Source: Thermoplasmata archaeon
GTDB taxonomy: Archaea > Thermoplasmatota > Thermoplasmata > Halarchaeoplasmatales > Halarchaeoplasmataceae
Length of the DNA: 57,300 bases
Reading direction: 5' to 3'
Assembly: GCA_003551675.1 (NCBI GenBank)
Contig: PUNG01000062.1
Coordinates: forward strand, 1 to 57,300
The position numbers were made by a program, and so were the translations under genes. Shown one piece after another: positions 47,669 through 57,208 of this stretch (the stretch's first letter is position 1; the number at the start of each line of letters is the position of its first letter). Under the pieces are notes generated by a model. The model was not told the origin of the DNA and searched no databases. It was given only the letters and a program-made list of their open reading frames with translations.

Positions 47669-48675
47669 TACTCTATACCCATGGCATCGTTGGTCATCTG
47701 GATGCTCTTCTCGTTATCTTTTTCCACCTTACACATGGCCCGTATCGCGTCTATATTTTCGGGTACTATGTCACTCTCTTGATGTATAGCTTGGTAGTAA
47801 TAGAGGGTAGAACCTTCCACTTTGACCGCGTCCTTCCAGACAGCTATTTCGTTTATGTCTCCCCTAAGATTGTTCCTGTCTTTTGCCCACTCCATCACCA
47901 TGGCAGTAGATTTGACTCCTTGCGAAGCCTCGAAGAATTTGATCCGAGGTGTTTCATCCCATATGTCTATCACTTTTTGTGTATCTACCTCTTTTTCAAG
48001 TTCGACGATCACGCTGTGCAAGTGCATTATAGTGCTGGGAACTTTTACCGCGGTGGTCTGTATGTCTATTTCAGGTACTACGCTCTTCACATCCGGCCCG
48101 TGGTGGGAAGGTATGTTCAGCACGGGATCGATGGAGTTTATGGGTCCTCTTGAAGTATCCCATGGATCCGCACCTCTTCTCACCATCACCGCTTTACAGT
48201 TATCTATACCCACTTTTTGGTGAAGAGGATACAAGGTTCTCAGCAAACCGGTCGTGTTACAAGAGACCACTCTCAAGTAGTCTGCTCCGTAGGCTTCATC
48301 GTAATTCGCCATGGAATTGAAAGACAGTCCAGTCAATTCGTGATCTTCTCCACCCTGCCATAGAGCTTTGACTCCCGCTTTTTCGTATATCGGTTTGTAC
48401 CCCGCTTTCTTGGGAGTTCCATCAACGATTATATCCGCCTTCTCCAGAAGATCTTCTAGCATCCCTTCCACCGGGATGTTCTTTTTTTCAAAGTCATCCA
48501 TGTACTTGTCCGAGGCGGCGTAAAAAGGGTAACCTTTCTCTGCGGCCATCTCGGCTTCGTAGGTCGGACTTCTTTTTGCAACTCCTATCACTTCCATGTC
48601 GTCCTGCTGAGATACGGCGTCTGCAATTCTTTTCCCAACGGTTCCATATCCATTTATTCCTACTTTTACGGTCAT
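47668..48675 (-). CDS. gap: Archaeal (type II) glyceraldehyde-3-phosphate dehydrogenase
   Basis: GINGYGTVGKR, QGGE, VSCNTT, SHHGPD, IHQES..PEN.DA; start trimmed to MTVKVG. Confidence 0.96.
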   Translation of the reverse strand: MTVKVGINGYGTVGKRIADAVSQQDDMEVIGVAKRSPTYEAEMAAEKGYPFYAASDKYMDDFEKKNIPVEGMLEDLLEKADIIVDGTPKKAGYKPIYEKAGVKALWQGGEDHELTGLSFNSMANYDEAYGADYLRVVSCNTTGLLRTLYPLHQKVGIDNCKAVMVRRGADPWDTSRGPINSIDPVLNIPSHHGPDVKSVVPEIDIQTTAVKVPSTIMHLHSVIVELEKEVDTQKVIDIWDETPRIKFFEASQGVKSTAMVMEWAKDRNNLRGDINEIAVWKDAVKVEGSTLYYYQAIHQESDIVPENIDAIRAMCKVEKDNEKSIQMTNDAMGIE

Positions 48676-48761
48676 ATTATCCCTGCGATTAGACGGAAAT
48701 ATGATAACAGATAAGTAGATTACGGTCGTAGAAGCGCTTTCTTTCAAAAAGTCCCGTCTAT

Positions 48762-48972
48762 TCACTTTTCATCATCTGAAAATAGACCTACGATTATACC
48801 TCCGATCAGGAATGCGAAATAACCCACGCCCACTATACATAGATTTCCTAAACAAACATTTCCGCGAAGATGAAAACCCATGTCGTTCACGGCTAACACT
48901 CCGGCGATGATGATGAAAAGGATCAAAACCAATATTATTCGTGATAGATATAGAGATACGTTTCCGGACCAC
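48762..48972 (-). pseudogene. Possible frameshifted small two-TM membrane protein
   Basis: GTG frame (VRKRISISIT) joins a hydrophobic frame (IILVLILFIIIAG...GLFSDDEK*) if one A is removed near 48939. Confidence 0.4.
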
Positions 48973-49043
48973 GACTCACTCTAGCCTTGTCCATCTCTCT
49001 ATCGCTTCCCTTAGATATATCTACCACCTTCTATGTTTTTACG

Positions 49044-50087
49044 TCACTCTATCTTGTACCTAAGAAGCGCACCCAGACCTCCCAACGCATCCAATTTTTC
49101 CCCACCTTCGTGGGTACTGCTTATCACGATCACCTCTCCACCCAACTCTTCCGTCCTCTTCATAAGTCTTTCTCCCAGTTCCTCTCTAACCTGTTCGTCC
49201 AATATAAGTAGCGTGTCCACCGCTCCTCTTTCCACCGCATCTTTTACCTTGTCCGGTCCATATGCGTAAGCACCGTCTTTTTTTATCTCTTTTAAAAGTT
49301 CTTCGACTTTTTCGCTCTCGTATCCCATACGTTGTCCGTCCAAGGTACCTCTTTCCTTTCCCTTTTTTAACACCTCGTGCACCCCTGTAAGGCCCCCCTC
49401 CCCTGCAGGTACCACCTCCGCATGTTTTACAAATTCAGGATGATGTTTATTGCAGTATTCGAAAAAATCCTCTTTAGTGAACCCGGGCCCCAGTATGACC
49501 AAAGGTTCTCCAGGGTCCATTATGGCCTTCAATTTTTTTATTATCATGTCAAAGTAGTCGTCTTTACTCAACCTCTCAGAATCGTACATCTTTCCTCCCA
49601 TGTTCGGTGTGAGATTGACCATCTCCTTGACTCCGTACTGCCTCAAGATCGCTATGGTCGTGTCATTTTCTTCCAAAGCCACAAATGTGATCAATGGTTC
49701 TTCACTCCTCTCCACCGCTTCTTTTAATCTTCCTAACTCGTGCTCTTTCCACTCTTTTATAATGGTGAGTTTGTCCCCTTCGGTGAGGTTAAGGGTATGG
49801 TATGATCCGTGGTCTTGAGGTCCCCGGATTATCACGCCCAAAACTCTTAAACGGTCCGTGAATTCATGGAATTCTACCTTCTCCACCTCTATATCTAATC
49901 TCATCTTTTTCTTTTCACCTCTATCCGAGCGGAGCTTGTCACGTTGTGTTTCTTCTCTTCTGTATGTGAGAGCCGAAACTACATCACCTTCTTTTATGAT
50001 GTTTTTCAGGTGCCAGAGATCGTCAAGGTTATCGATCCTGATCTTTATCTTACCTTCTCTTCTATCCTGATGTAGTATCTTCATCAA
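49044..50087 (-). CDS. pelA: mRNA surveillance protein pelota
   Basis: DDLWHL, RLRVLG, YHTL, GPGF, AYG...GAV..LL, HEGGEKL..LGG.GALLRY. Confidence 0.96.
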   Translation of the reverse strand: MMKILHQDRREGKIKIRIDNLDDLWHLKNIIKEGDVVSALTYRREETQRDKLRSDRGEKKKMRLDIEVEKVEFHEFTDRLRVLGVIIRGPQDHGSYHTLNLTEGDKLTIIKEWKEHELGRLKEAVERSEEPLITFVALEENDTTIAILRQYGVKEMVNLTPNMGGKMYDSERLSKDDYFDMIIKKLKAIMDPGEPLVILGPGFTKEDFFEYCNKHHPEFVKHAEVVPAGEGGLTGVHEVLKKGKERGTLDGQRMGYESEKVEELLKEIKKDGAYAYGPDKVKDAVERGAVDTLLILDEQVREELGERLMKRTEELGGEVIVISSTHEGGEKLDALGGLGALLRYKIE

Positions 50088-50142
50088 GACCTCTAAAACG
50101 TAATACCTTAATAATTCCTATCCATATTTCACGCGAGCTCTT

Positions 50143-50628
50143 ATGAAAGATGAAGTGAAGTATTTCGCCTACGGAAGCAATCTAAATTTACAACAGATGG
50201 AGGAAAGAGGAGTAGTAGTAAAAAGTGCCCAACGAGCGGATCTGCCCGGATGGAAACTAGCCTTTACTGTTTACTCCGAGGGATGGAAAGGAGGTGTGGC
50301 GGATATCTTACCTCATCCTGAAGAAAGGATCGAAGGGATCGTATATGAATTAAAGAAAAAAGATATTAAGGAACTTGACCGGTATGAAGGAAGGAAGCTC
50401 CGAAATAAGATGGAAGTGGGGATGTATAGAAGACAACATCTACCCGTAAAGATAGGTGATGAATGGAAAACCGTTCTGACTTATTTGGTCAATATGGCGG
50501 TGGAATATAAAAAAGAGATGGAGCTGAAACCTTCACGAGGATATATGAAAACCATACTCTCAGGTGCGGAGGAACACGGACTCAGCACTGACTACATACA
50601 ACGATTGAAAAGTATAGATCACAGATAG
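50143..50628 (+). CDS. Gamma-glutamylcyclotransferase family protein
   Basis: YFAYGSNL, LDRYEG, PS..Y...I..GA.EHGL. Confidence 0.9.
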   Translation: MKDEVKYFAYGSNLNLQQMEERGVVVKSAQRADLPGWKLAFTVYSEGWKGGVADILPHPEERIEGIVYELKKKDIKELDRYEGRKLRNKMEVGMYRRQHLPVKIGDEWKTVLTYLVNMAVEYKKEMELKPSRGYMKTILSGAEEHGLSTDYIQRLKSIDHR

Positions 50629-50683
50629 CTTTTAAAAAAACAAAAAAGGAGGGAGGGTGATTATCGTGAAGGGATACAGCTGA

Positions 50684-50866
50684 TCATTTTTTTAATTCAA
50701 GCACCTTTTCGAAGCACTCCACCACATGTTCTTCCTCTACGCAATCTTTCGCTCTGCGTAGGCATTCGAAGAATGCATCATCCTCCAGTCGAGGTTTACA
50801 CCCGAATTCTCCTTGACTGGTCAATGTCTCTTTGTCCAACATAGCGGACACTTCGTATGTATGCAT
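50684..50866 (-). CDS. Small hypothetical protein (4 Cys)
   Basis: 60-aa acidic ORF filling the intergenic space, TTTA-rich promoter-like sequence upstream; no recognised family. Confidence 0.45.
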   Translation of the reverse strand: MHTYEVSAMLDKETLTSQGEFGCKPRLEDDAFFECLRRAKDCVEEEHVVECFEKVLELKK

Positions 50867-50980
50867 ATGTGTGCAACCGTAAATAAAGATTCCGGTGTTT
50901 TATTCGTTTTTATTATTAAATAAAACCTTCTCCATAACGTAGTAAGATATATTTGACTCTTCCATTTATATCCGTCTAGG

Positions 50981-51418
50981 ATGTACACTGTGAGAAGCTT
51001 CATGGAACGAGACCTAGATGAGGTCTATAATATAGCGGCCTTATCTCTCAAAGAAAAGTATCCCAAAGATCTTTATCTCTCCATAGATCGAGCATGGAAG
51101 CACGGTTTTTTCGTGGCCGACGTAGATGGCAAAACCATTGGATTTATTTGCGGGATAAAGGAGCAAGAAGATATCTCACGGGTACTGATCCTTGCCGTGC
51201 ATCCATTATATAGAAACTGCGGCATAGGAAGCGAGCTGCTAAAAAAATTTATCGAAGTGAGTTCCAACCAGGGCGTGACAAAAGTCACACTGGAAGTTAG
51301 GACGAATAATACAAAAACCATACTATTTTACCAGAAAAGAGGTTTTCAGGTCGTGGCTACTCTTGACTCGTTTTATACGGACGGAGAAGATGGGTATAAG
51401 ATGATCAGGTATCTTTGA
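50981..51418 (+). CDS. rimI: RimI/Ard1-like GNAT N-acetyltransferase
   Basis: LAVHPLYRNCGIG, LEVR..N, FY..RGF, YTDGEDG. Confidence 0.88.
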   Translation: MYTVRSFMERDLDEVYNIAALSLKEKYPKDLYLSIDRAWKHGFFVADVDGKTIGFICGIKEQEDISRVLILAVHPLYRNCGIGSELLKKFIEVSSNQGVTKVTLEVRTNNTKTILFYQKRGFQVVATLDSFYTDGEDGYKMIRYL

Positions 51419-51535
51419 AGGCTGACCGCAACTTTGGAGAATAGTCACTTTTAAGTATGAGAAGATATATGAAACCTATCCAAGTAACAAAATTAGCAGA
51501 GCCAGTATTTACACCCATCACCATGGAGGAAAAAT

Positions 51536-51991
51536 ATGTCAAGAATGCACAGCTCGAAAAAAGGACGATCAGGTTCAACACGGCCCAACCTAGAAGAAAA
51601 TCCTGAATGGGTCCCTCAAGATGAGGAAAAGATAGAAGAATTGGTCATAGAGTTAGCAAGGCGAGGAAACACGGCCAGCGAGATCGGTATCATATTGAGA
51701 GATCAATACGGTGTGCCTGATGTTGAACTAGCCGTGGATAAAAGCGTCACCGAGATATTGGAAGAAAACGATCTAGCCCCGGAGCTACCAGAAGATCTTT
51801 TGGCACTGATGGAGAAAGCAGTAGATCTTAAGAAACATATCGATGAACATCCCAAGGACAATGCGAATCGAAGAGGCTTGAATCTGGTCGAAGCTAAGAT
51901 AAGACGACTGGTGAAGTATTACAAAAGCGAAGGTAAGTTAGACGAAGATTGGAAATATTCAATAGATAAGGCTGAGATGCTCACTCAGTAA
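51536..51991 (+). CDS. rps15: 30S ribosomal protein uS15 (S15P/S13e)
   Basis: MSRMH...GRSGS, IGIILRDQYG, PEDL, HPKD, IRRLVKYY. Confidence 0.98.
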   Translation: MSRMHSSKKGRSGSTRPNLEENPEWVPQDEEKIEELVIELARRGNTASEIGIILRDQYGVPDVELAVDKSVTEILEENDLAPELPEDLLALMEKAVDLKKHIDEHPKDNANRRGLNLVEAKIRRLVKYYKSEGKLDEDWKYSIDKAEMLTQ

Positions 51992-51996
51992 CAATT

Positions 51997-53370
51997 ATGA
52001 CATCGGAGAAGAAGGAAAATTTCTTTGATCTACCCGAAGACTTGAAAAAAAAATTAGATGATGCCTCCTCCATTTTGGAGAAGAACGACAAGTTCAGGAT
52101 AATAACTCATTATGATGCCGACGGCATCTCTGCCGCCGCTGTTCTAACAAGATGTTTGATGAAAGATCAAAGTGGATTTCATACGAGTTTTATCGATAGA
52201 TTTCCCGACAAGATACCAGAGGGTCTCCCCCTCATCTTTGCCGACATCGGTAACAGTCATTTAAAAGATATCCAGGCAGTGGATGAAGACGTGATTGTCT
52301 TGGACCACCATTATGTAAAAGAAGATCTCATGATCGAATCGGACGAAGAAAATAAAATCTTTATCAACCCCCACGAGTACGATATAGATGGAGCCCAGGA
52401 AGTGAGCGGAGGCACTCTAGCCCTACTACTTTCCGTTTGGTACGATGAGATCAATTGGGAGGACGCCGTTTACGGACTAGCCGGTGCTGCAGCAGACAAG
52501 CAAGCTATAGGTGGTTTCAGCGGATTGAACCTAAAACTGGCTCAAGAAGCGGTCGAAAAAGGGTCCTTGCAAAAGAGTAAAGAGCTGTTCATCGATGGAA
52601 AAAATATCCAAGATTCCTTGATGAAAGCCTGTGACCCCTATTTTCCTGATATATCCGGTGAAAAAAAGGAGATCCGTAGGATCATCGACGATCTCAAGAT
52701 CGATCCCGAGGCTGAAATAGGCTCGATAAAGAAAGATAAGAAAAGAGATCTGAACAGCTTATTGGTATTGTCCATGCTAAAAAAAGATCGCTACGCCGAA
52801 GTCATCGAATCTATAATGGGTATACATTATGAGTCTGAGCACGAACCATTTGATACGGACTGCCTGTACAAGATACTGAATTCGACCGCAAGAACCAATC
52901 GAGCGGGCCTTGGATTATCCTTGTGCTTGGGGGACAAGAGCGCCCGTAAAGAGGCAAAAAAGATAAGAGACGATTACAGGAGTGAGATGATAGGTGCACT
53001 GAAAAAATTAGAAGAAAGAGTCGAAGCCGATGAGTACGAGCATCTACAATACTTTTTTGAAGAGAAAAAGACACGGAAGGGAGAGTTGGCCGGTCTGGGT
53101 ATCTTGTACATCTTGGATAAACATAAACCAGTTTTGGGGATGTCGGAGGTGGATGAGGATATAGATATATCTGCGAGGGCGACTAAAGAACAGGTGGAAA
53201 AGGGACTAGATCTTGGTGAGCTGTGCAGAAAGATATCCGGTGAGTTAGACGGCAGCGGCGGAGGACACAATATCGCCGCAGGTGCGACCATAAAAAAGGG
53301 CCCTGATAAAGAAAACGTGAACAAATTCTTGAGTAGGATGGATCAAGAGATCGGCGAGGTCTTGTTTTGA
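51997..53370 (+). CDS. RecJ-like DHH/DHHA1 phosphoesterase
   Basis: HYDADG, DIG, LDHH, NPH, ISAR, GGGH..AAG; conserved position after rps15. Confidence 0.92.
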   Translation: MTSEKKENFFDLPEDLKKKLDDASSILEKNDKFRIITHYDADGISAAAVLTRCLMKDQSGFHTSFIDRFPDKIPEGLPLIFADIGNSHLKDIQAVDEDVIVLDHHYVKEDLMIESDEENKIFINPHEYDIDGAQEVSGGTLALLLSVWYDEINWEDAVYGLAGAAADKQAIGGFSGLNLKLAQEAVEKGSLQKSKELFIDGKNIQDSLMKACDPYFPDISGEKKEIRRIIDDLKIDPEAEIGSIKKDKKRDLNSLLVLSMLKKDRYAEVIESIMGIHYESEHEPFDTDCLYKILNSTARTNRAGLGLSLCLGDKSARKEAKKIRDDYRSEMIGALKKLEERVEADEYEHLQYFFEEKKTRKGELAGLGILYILDKHKPVLGMSEVDEDIDISARATKEQVEKGLDLGELCRKISGELDGSGGGHNIAAGATIKKGPDKENVNKFLSRMDQEIGEVLF

Positions 53371-53397
53371 TCCGCTCAGTAAGGAAGGCAAGGTAAA

Positions 53398-53589
53398 ATG
53401 AAAGTTGAAGTGGAAAAAGAAGGTTTAGTGGAAGTTCCTAAGGGCAGTACGGTGTCTACTTTACTCGGTAAACTTGGATATCATCTCGATTCCACGATAG
53501 TTCTTTTAGACGGTAGCCCCGTACCTCTAGACCATCAACTGGAGGATGGTATGACGTTAAAAGTAGTTTCAGTTGTTTCCGGCGGTTGA
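53398..53589 (+). CDS. ThiS/MoaD-family ubiquitin-like protein (SAMP-type)
   Basis: 63-aa beta-grasp ending VVSGG. Confidence 0.88.
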   Translation: MKVEVEKEGLVEVPKGSTVSTLLGKLGYHLDSTIVLLDGSPVPLDHQLEDGMTLKVVSVVSGG

Positions 53590-53631
53590 ACTGAAGGGGA
53601 TTATGGAGTTTCAAGTGATGGAGTTAAAAAG

Positions 53632-53727
53632 TGCTCCTGAGGGGATTCGAACCCCTGTAATCGGCTTTCCCTGGCCGTTGTCGGCCTCGAAAGGCCGAGA
53701 TGATTGGCCGGACTACACCACAGGAGC
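53632..53727 (-). tRNA. tRNA-Glu(TTC) with 21-nt BHB intron (53667-53687)
   Basis: GCTCCTG acceptor stem; TCGGC-CTTTCGA-GCCGA after splicing at 37/38; BHB helix CTTT/AGGG with 3-nt bulges. Confidence 0.93.
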
Positions 53728-53925
53728 AGTATTGTTTTTATAGTTGTCTGCACAGATATGCATAGAGATAAGCCCAAGGATAACCCGATAAGCTTACATC
53801 GCTACTATGGACCCAACCTACAATCCCGGGAGGATATATATTTTTCTAATCGTGATTTGGAAAAGCGAGCAGCATACAAAGTACTGTAAAATCTTTGAAA
53901 GGAGAACTTCAGAGGGCCTAGAATA

Positions 53926-54303
53926 CTAGAATACGGAATCGGAGAGTTCTTTGATACGCTTGAGATTATCTCTGATCTCATCCATACGTTTCTCTTCTTT
54001 TTCTCTTATCTCGTCGATGATCTCTTCTATAGATTTATTCAGGAAGTAACTGTGATGGGGCCTTCCCTTCTTTCTTTTTTCCTTGACGTCTTTCTTTGCC
54101 GCCCATCCAAGTTCTCTCAATTCCTGCATCGCGAGTGAGACTTCTGGCTGCCTTAAGTAAGTAGAGTCCTCTATCTCTCTTGCCTTTGCTTCTCCTCTAC
54201 TGGCAACGAATACCAGCGCTCGAGCTGTGTTCTTCTGGATACCGGTTTTTTCTAGGCCGTCCACCAACTCCTTTTCCTTATCATTCAATCTTCCTCTAGC
54301 CAT
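53926..54303 (-). CDS. Archaeal winged-HTH transcriptional regulator
   Basis: REIE....LRQPEVSLAMQEL...GW, KGRP...Y.L. Confidence 0.85.
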   Translation of the reverse strand: MARGRLNDKEKELVDGLEKTGIQKNTARALVFVASRGEAKAREIEDSTYLRQPEVSLAMQELRELGWAAKKDVKEKRKKGRPHHSYFLNKSIEEIIDEIREKEEKRMDEIRDNLKRIKELSDSVF

Positions 54304-54325
54304 GTTTCCTCCTTTTTACACACCT

Positions 54326-54349
54326 ATATATACAATTACTAGTATATAT
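54326..54349. promoter_or_regulatory. Candidate operator (8-8-8 inverted repeat)
   Basis: ATATATAC-N8-GTATATAT upstream of the HTH regulator; AT-rich, so could be chance. Confidence 0.35.
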
Positions 54350-54433
54350 CATTTGCTAAATTTTCTACGCCTCTTTCATGTCACAAAAACATAAACAGCA
54401 TATTTTATATCATTCAATCCATTGTCTGATAAT

Positions 54434-55033
54434 ATGCGAAAATTTATAATATACTCGGGGAAAGGGGCGACGACTCCTGATTTCATCATCAAAGACCTGC
54501 CAGGCAGCGGTGGAAGGATGGATCTGAATGCGAGATGCGTGATCTCTACTCTTTGGCTTTCGGGAAGTATGAGAGAGGACAGCAGCATCTACATCTCTCT
54601 CAACGGAGAACCGGACGCCCCCCTGGTGATAACTTTTAACGGCGGAGAGCTGAGAAAAGTCTCACCGGACGAAAGGAGTATCTCGATCTGGATAAAGAAG
54701 GCCCTTGAGAGGAAGGACATCATTTCAAAAAAAGGAAACTGGCTGGAGACGCATGATGGTATCGCGATAGCTAGAAAGACGTTTGAAGAGTTACTGGAAG
54801 AAAGGATGAAAAAAGGATCTTTGTATCTACTCCACGAAACGGGAAAAGATGTAAGAAAGGAAAAGTTGAATGTGGATCCAGTTTTTGTTTTGGGCGATCA
54901 CATGGGTTTGCCTGAAGAGAAGGTCCACACAGTAGAAAAATTAGCGGAAGAAAAGCTCTCCTTGGGACCCGAAACCTATCTATCTTCTCAGTGTATAACC
55001 ATAGTGCAAAACGAATTGGATAGGAGATATTGA
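54434..55033 (+). CDS. trmY: tRNA (pseudouridine54-N1)-methyltransferase
   Basis: MRKFII, DLPGSGGRMD, PDERS, FVLGDHMG, SLGP...SQCI. Confidence 0.94.
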   Translation: MRKFIIYSGKGATTPDFIIKDLPGSGGRMDLNARCVISTLWLSGSMREDSSIYISLNGEPDAPLVITFNGGELRKVSPDERSISIWIKKALERKDIISKKGNWLETHDGIAIARKTFEELLEERMKKGSLYLLHETGKDVRKEKLNVDPVFVLGDHMGLPEEKVHTVEKLAEEKLSLGPETYLSSQCITIVQNELDRRY

Positions 55034-55102
55034 AAAAGCGATCTGTCACTCTTCTTAGGGTAGAAAGGTAAAACATATATTAAGCAGTTCTAAAATGGTA
55101 TT

Positions 55103-55363
55103 ATGATGTCAGAGAAAATAGATATAGTTGTAAAATTTTTCGCGATGGTTCGTCAAACCGTAGGCAAAAGAAAAATGGACTTGGATATTAAAAAGGGCAC
55201 AAAGGTGAACGAGTTAGTGGAAGATATCATAGAAGACTATCCAGAACTAGATAATATAAGAGATATATTGATAGTGTCTGTGAACAAGAAAACAGCCGCG
55301 GATGACCAGATACTAGAGGATGGTGATGAAGTCGCTATAATGCCTCCTGTAACAGGAGGATGA
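55103..55363 (+). CDS. MoaD/SAMP1-like sulfur carrier
   Basis: VKFFA, SVN, LEDGDEVAIMPPVTGG. Confidence 0.92.
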   Translation: MMSEKIDIVVKFFAMVRQTVGKRKMDLDIKKGTKVNELVEDIIEDYPELDNIRDILIVSVNKKTAADDQILEDGDEVAIMPPVTGG

Positions 55364-55395
55364 ATAAGTGGTGTCCAGTCCAAAGGAGTAGCAAG

Positions 55396-56790
55396 ATGAG
55401 TTTAGCTATCGTAAACACGTATATATTGACCTGCAAAGGAGGAGCCCCTCCGATAACCAATGGCGCCGTAGGAATAGAGGAAAACAACATAGTTTTCGTA
55501 GGAAAGAACAGTGAAATAGACCCGAATGGATACGAAAGGATAATAGACGGTTCAGGTCATGTGACCATGCCGGGCCTCGTAGATGCACACATCCACACAG
55601 GTTTATCCCTTCTTCGTGGTGCCGCTCAAGACGTTCCTGAAATAGAGTGGATGAATAAAGCTTTAGGGCCGTTTGCTCGGCACATGAACGACGAAGATCA
55701 TCTTGCATCCTCTAAACTAGCCGTTCTGGAAGGTATGAGAGCGGGTACTACCACCTTTGCCGAATTTTCTAGAGACGTAGAGCACCTGATAGATGAGGTA
55801 TATGTTCCTTTCAAAGCGAGGGTGGCAGCCGCTGAGACAATAAACGAGATCGTAGGGAGAAAAGAAGAGCTTTACGAACTAGAACCCTCGAAAAAAAGTT
55901 TGAAGAAGAACGAACGCCTTTTCAAAAAGTACCAGGGAGACATGGTCGAACCTTTTTATGGTCCTCAGGCTCTAGATATGGTGACTCAGGAAACGTTACG
56001 ACGTATAAAAGAAAGAGCCGGAGTACACCATAGGAAGATACAAATGCACGTTGCCCAGGGCGGTAGGGAAAGGAAACAGGTAGAGACGAGGTACGGCACT
56101 TCAACTGTCAAAAAATTGGACGAACTGGGTTTGTTGAAAGAGAATCTTGTAGCCGCTCATTGTCACGGGGCCGTCGCTGAAGAAAGAAAGATGATGGCTG
56201 AGAAAGGAGTAAAGATGGTGGGCTGTCCCAGTTCCATAGGCATGATCGATGGTGTGGTTCCTCCTATCAAAAGTTTTTTAGATCATGGTGGAAAAGCGGC
56301 TCTAGGAACTGATCAGACGCCGGGCAACGGAGCCCATAATCTCTTCAGAGAGATGCGGACCATCAGTCTATTGACCAAGTGTGAGGAGAAGGACCCTACG
56401 GTACTTCCCGCATGGGATGCTTTGAACTTAGCCACTAAAGGAGGAAGTGAAGTGCTGGGCTTGAACCATAAGATAGGCACACTCGAAGAGGGGAAGAAAG
56501 CGGACCTTATCACCGTCGACTTGAAAAAGTTGAACATGACTCCTACTGTCACAAAACCATTCAAAAATTTCATCCCCAATCTAGTCTATTCTTCCACGGG
56601 TTCTGAAGTCGACAACGTGGTAATCAACGGCAAATTGGTCATGGAAAACGGTGAGTTTGTTGATATCGATGAAGAAGCTCTCAAAAAAGAGGTTGAACAG
56701 AGGGCCCAAAATGTATTCAAAAGGGCAGAGGAAGATTGGCTTGAAGCCGATGCTCATATGGTCAAATATCTGAAGGAAGGGCATATCTGA
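55396..56790 (+). CDS. Amidohydrolase, MTA/SAH-deaminase (SsnA)-like
   Basis: MPGLVDAHIH, GTTT, MHVAQ, AAHC, LGTD, GKKADL; start at ATG 55396 after GGAG. Confidence 0.88.
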   Translation: MSLAIVNTYILTCKGGAPPITNGAVGIEENNIVFVGKNSEIDPNGYERIIDGSGHVTMPGLVDAHIHTGLSLLRGAAQDVPEIEWMNKALGPFARHMNDEDHLASSKLAVLEGMRAGTTTFAEFSRDVEHLIDEVYVPFKARVAAAETINEIVGRKEELYELEPSKKSLKKNERLFKKYQGDMVEPFYGPQALDMVTQETLRRIKERAGVHHRKIQMHVAQGGRERKQVETRYGTSTVKKLDELGLLKENLVAAHCHGAVAEERKMMAEKGVKMVGCPSSIGMIDGVVPPIKSFLDHGGKAALGTDQTPGNGAHNLFREMRTISLLTKCEEKDPTVLPAWDALNLATKGGSEVLGLNHKIGTLEEGKKADLITVDLKKLNMTPTVTKPFKNFIPNLVYSSTGSEVDNVVINGKLVMENGEFVDIDEEALKKEVEQRAQNVFKRAEEDWLEADAHMVKYLKEGHI

Positions 56791-56932
56791 AAAATTTGAT
56801 CTTTCATTTCAACAAGGTCTCGTGTTCCTTCGATTTTTTCTTCCAATAGCTCAGCGAGTAAAAAAATTCGTAGGAATCAAAGATTCCTTCTTTTCCAAAT
56901 TTTTTCGTTTCACTCAAAAATATTGAAAATTC

Positions 56933-57089
56933 GAGGGACATAAGTCCCTCTTTACTTCGGAAGGCTATCGCCTTCCTGCGTATGCGATAGGAATGGAACT
57001 CAAAGTCTATTTGTATACCGCCTTGTTTTTTAAGGGCTATCGCAGATAGCCCCACATGTTTTTGATGCATCTTTTTTGAAAAAAGATGC
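56933..57089. other. Cluster of short perfect hairpins 3' of tRNA-Leu
   Basis: GAGGGAC-ATAA-GTCCCTC (56933-50), GGAAGGC-TATC-GCCTTCC (56959-76), GGGCTATC-GCA-GATAGCCC (57034-52), GCATCTTTTTT-G-AAAAAAGATGC (57067-89). Confidence 0.7.
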
Positions 57090-57208
57090 GAGGGATGGGA
57101 TTTGAACCCACGGACCCCTATGGGACAGGATCTCCTATCAATCTTTTTTGACCCTTTCGACAGTTGATCTTAAGTCCTGCGCCGTTGGCCATGCTTGGCT
57201 ACCCTCGC
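57087..57208 (-). tRNA. tRNA-Leu(TAA) with 37-nt BHB intron (57132-57168)
   Basis: GCGAGGG acceptor stem, CAGGA-CTTAAGA-TCCTG after splicing, long variable arm, BHB helix CTTA/TAGG with AGA bulges. Confidence 0.94.

Noticed and set aside
53704-53889. 61-aa plus-strand ORF
   Set aside because: Overlaps tRNA-Glu and its upstream region; no recognisable motif.
410-56784. Numerous 60-180 aa antisense or nested ORFs in the track
   Set aside because: They lie inside well-supported genes and have the Ser/Phe-rich composition expected from the antisense of acidic proteins.
56804-57070. 88-aa minus-strand ORF
   Set aside because: Atypical basic composition, runs through the hairpin cluster, no RBS or transposase motif.
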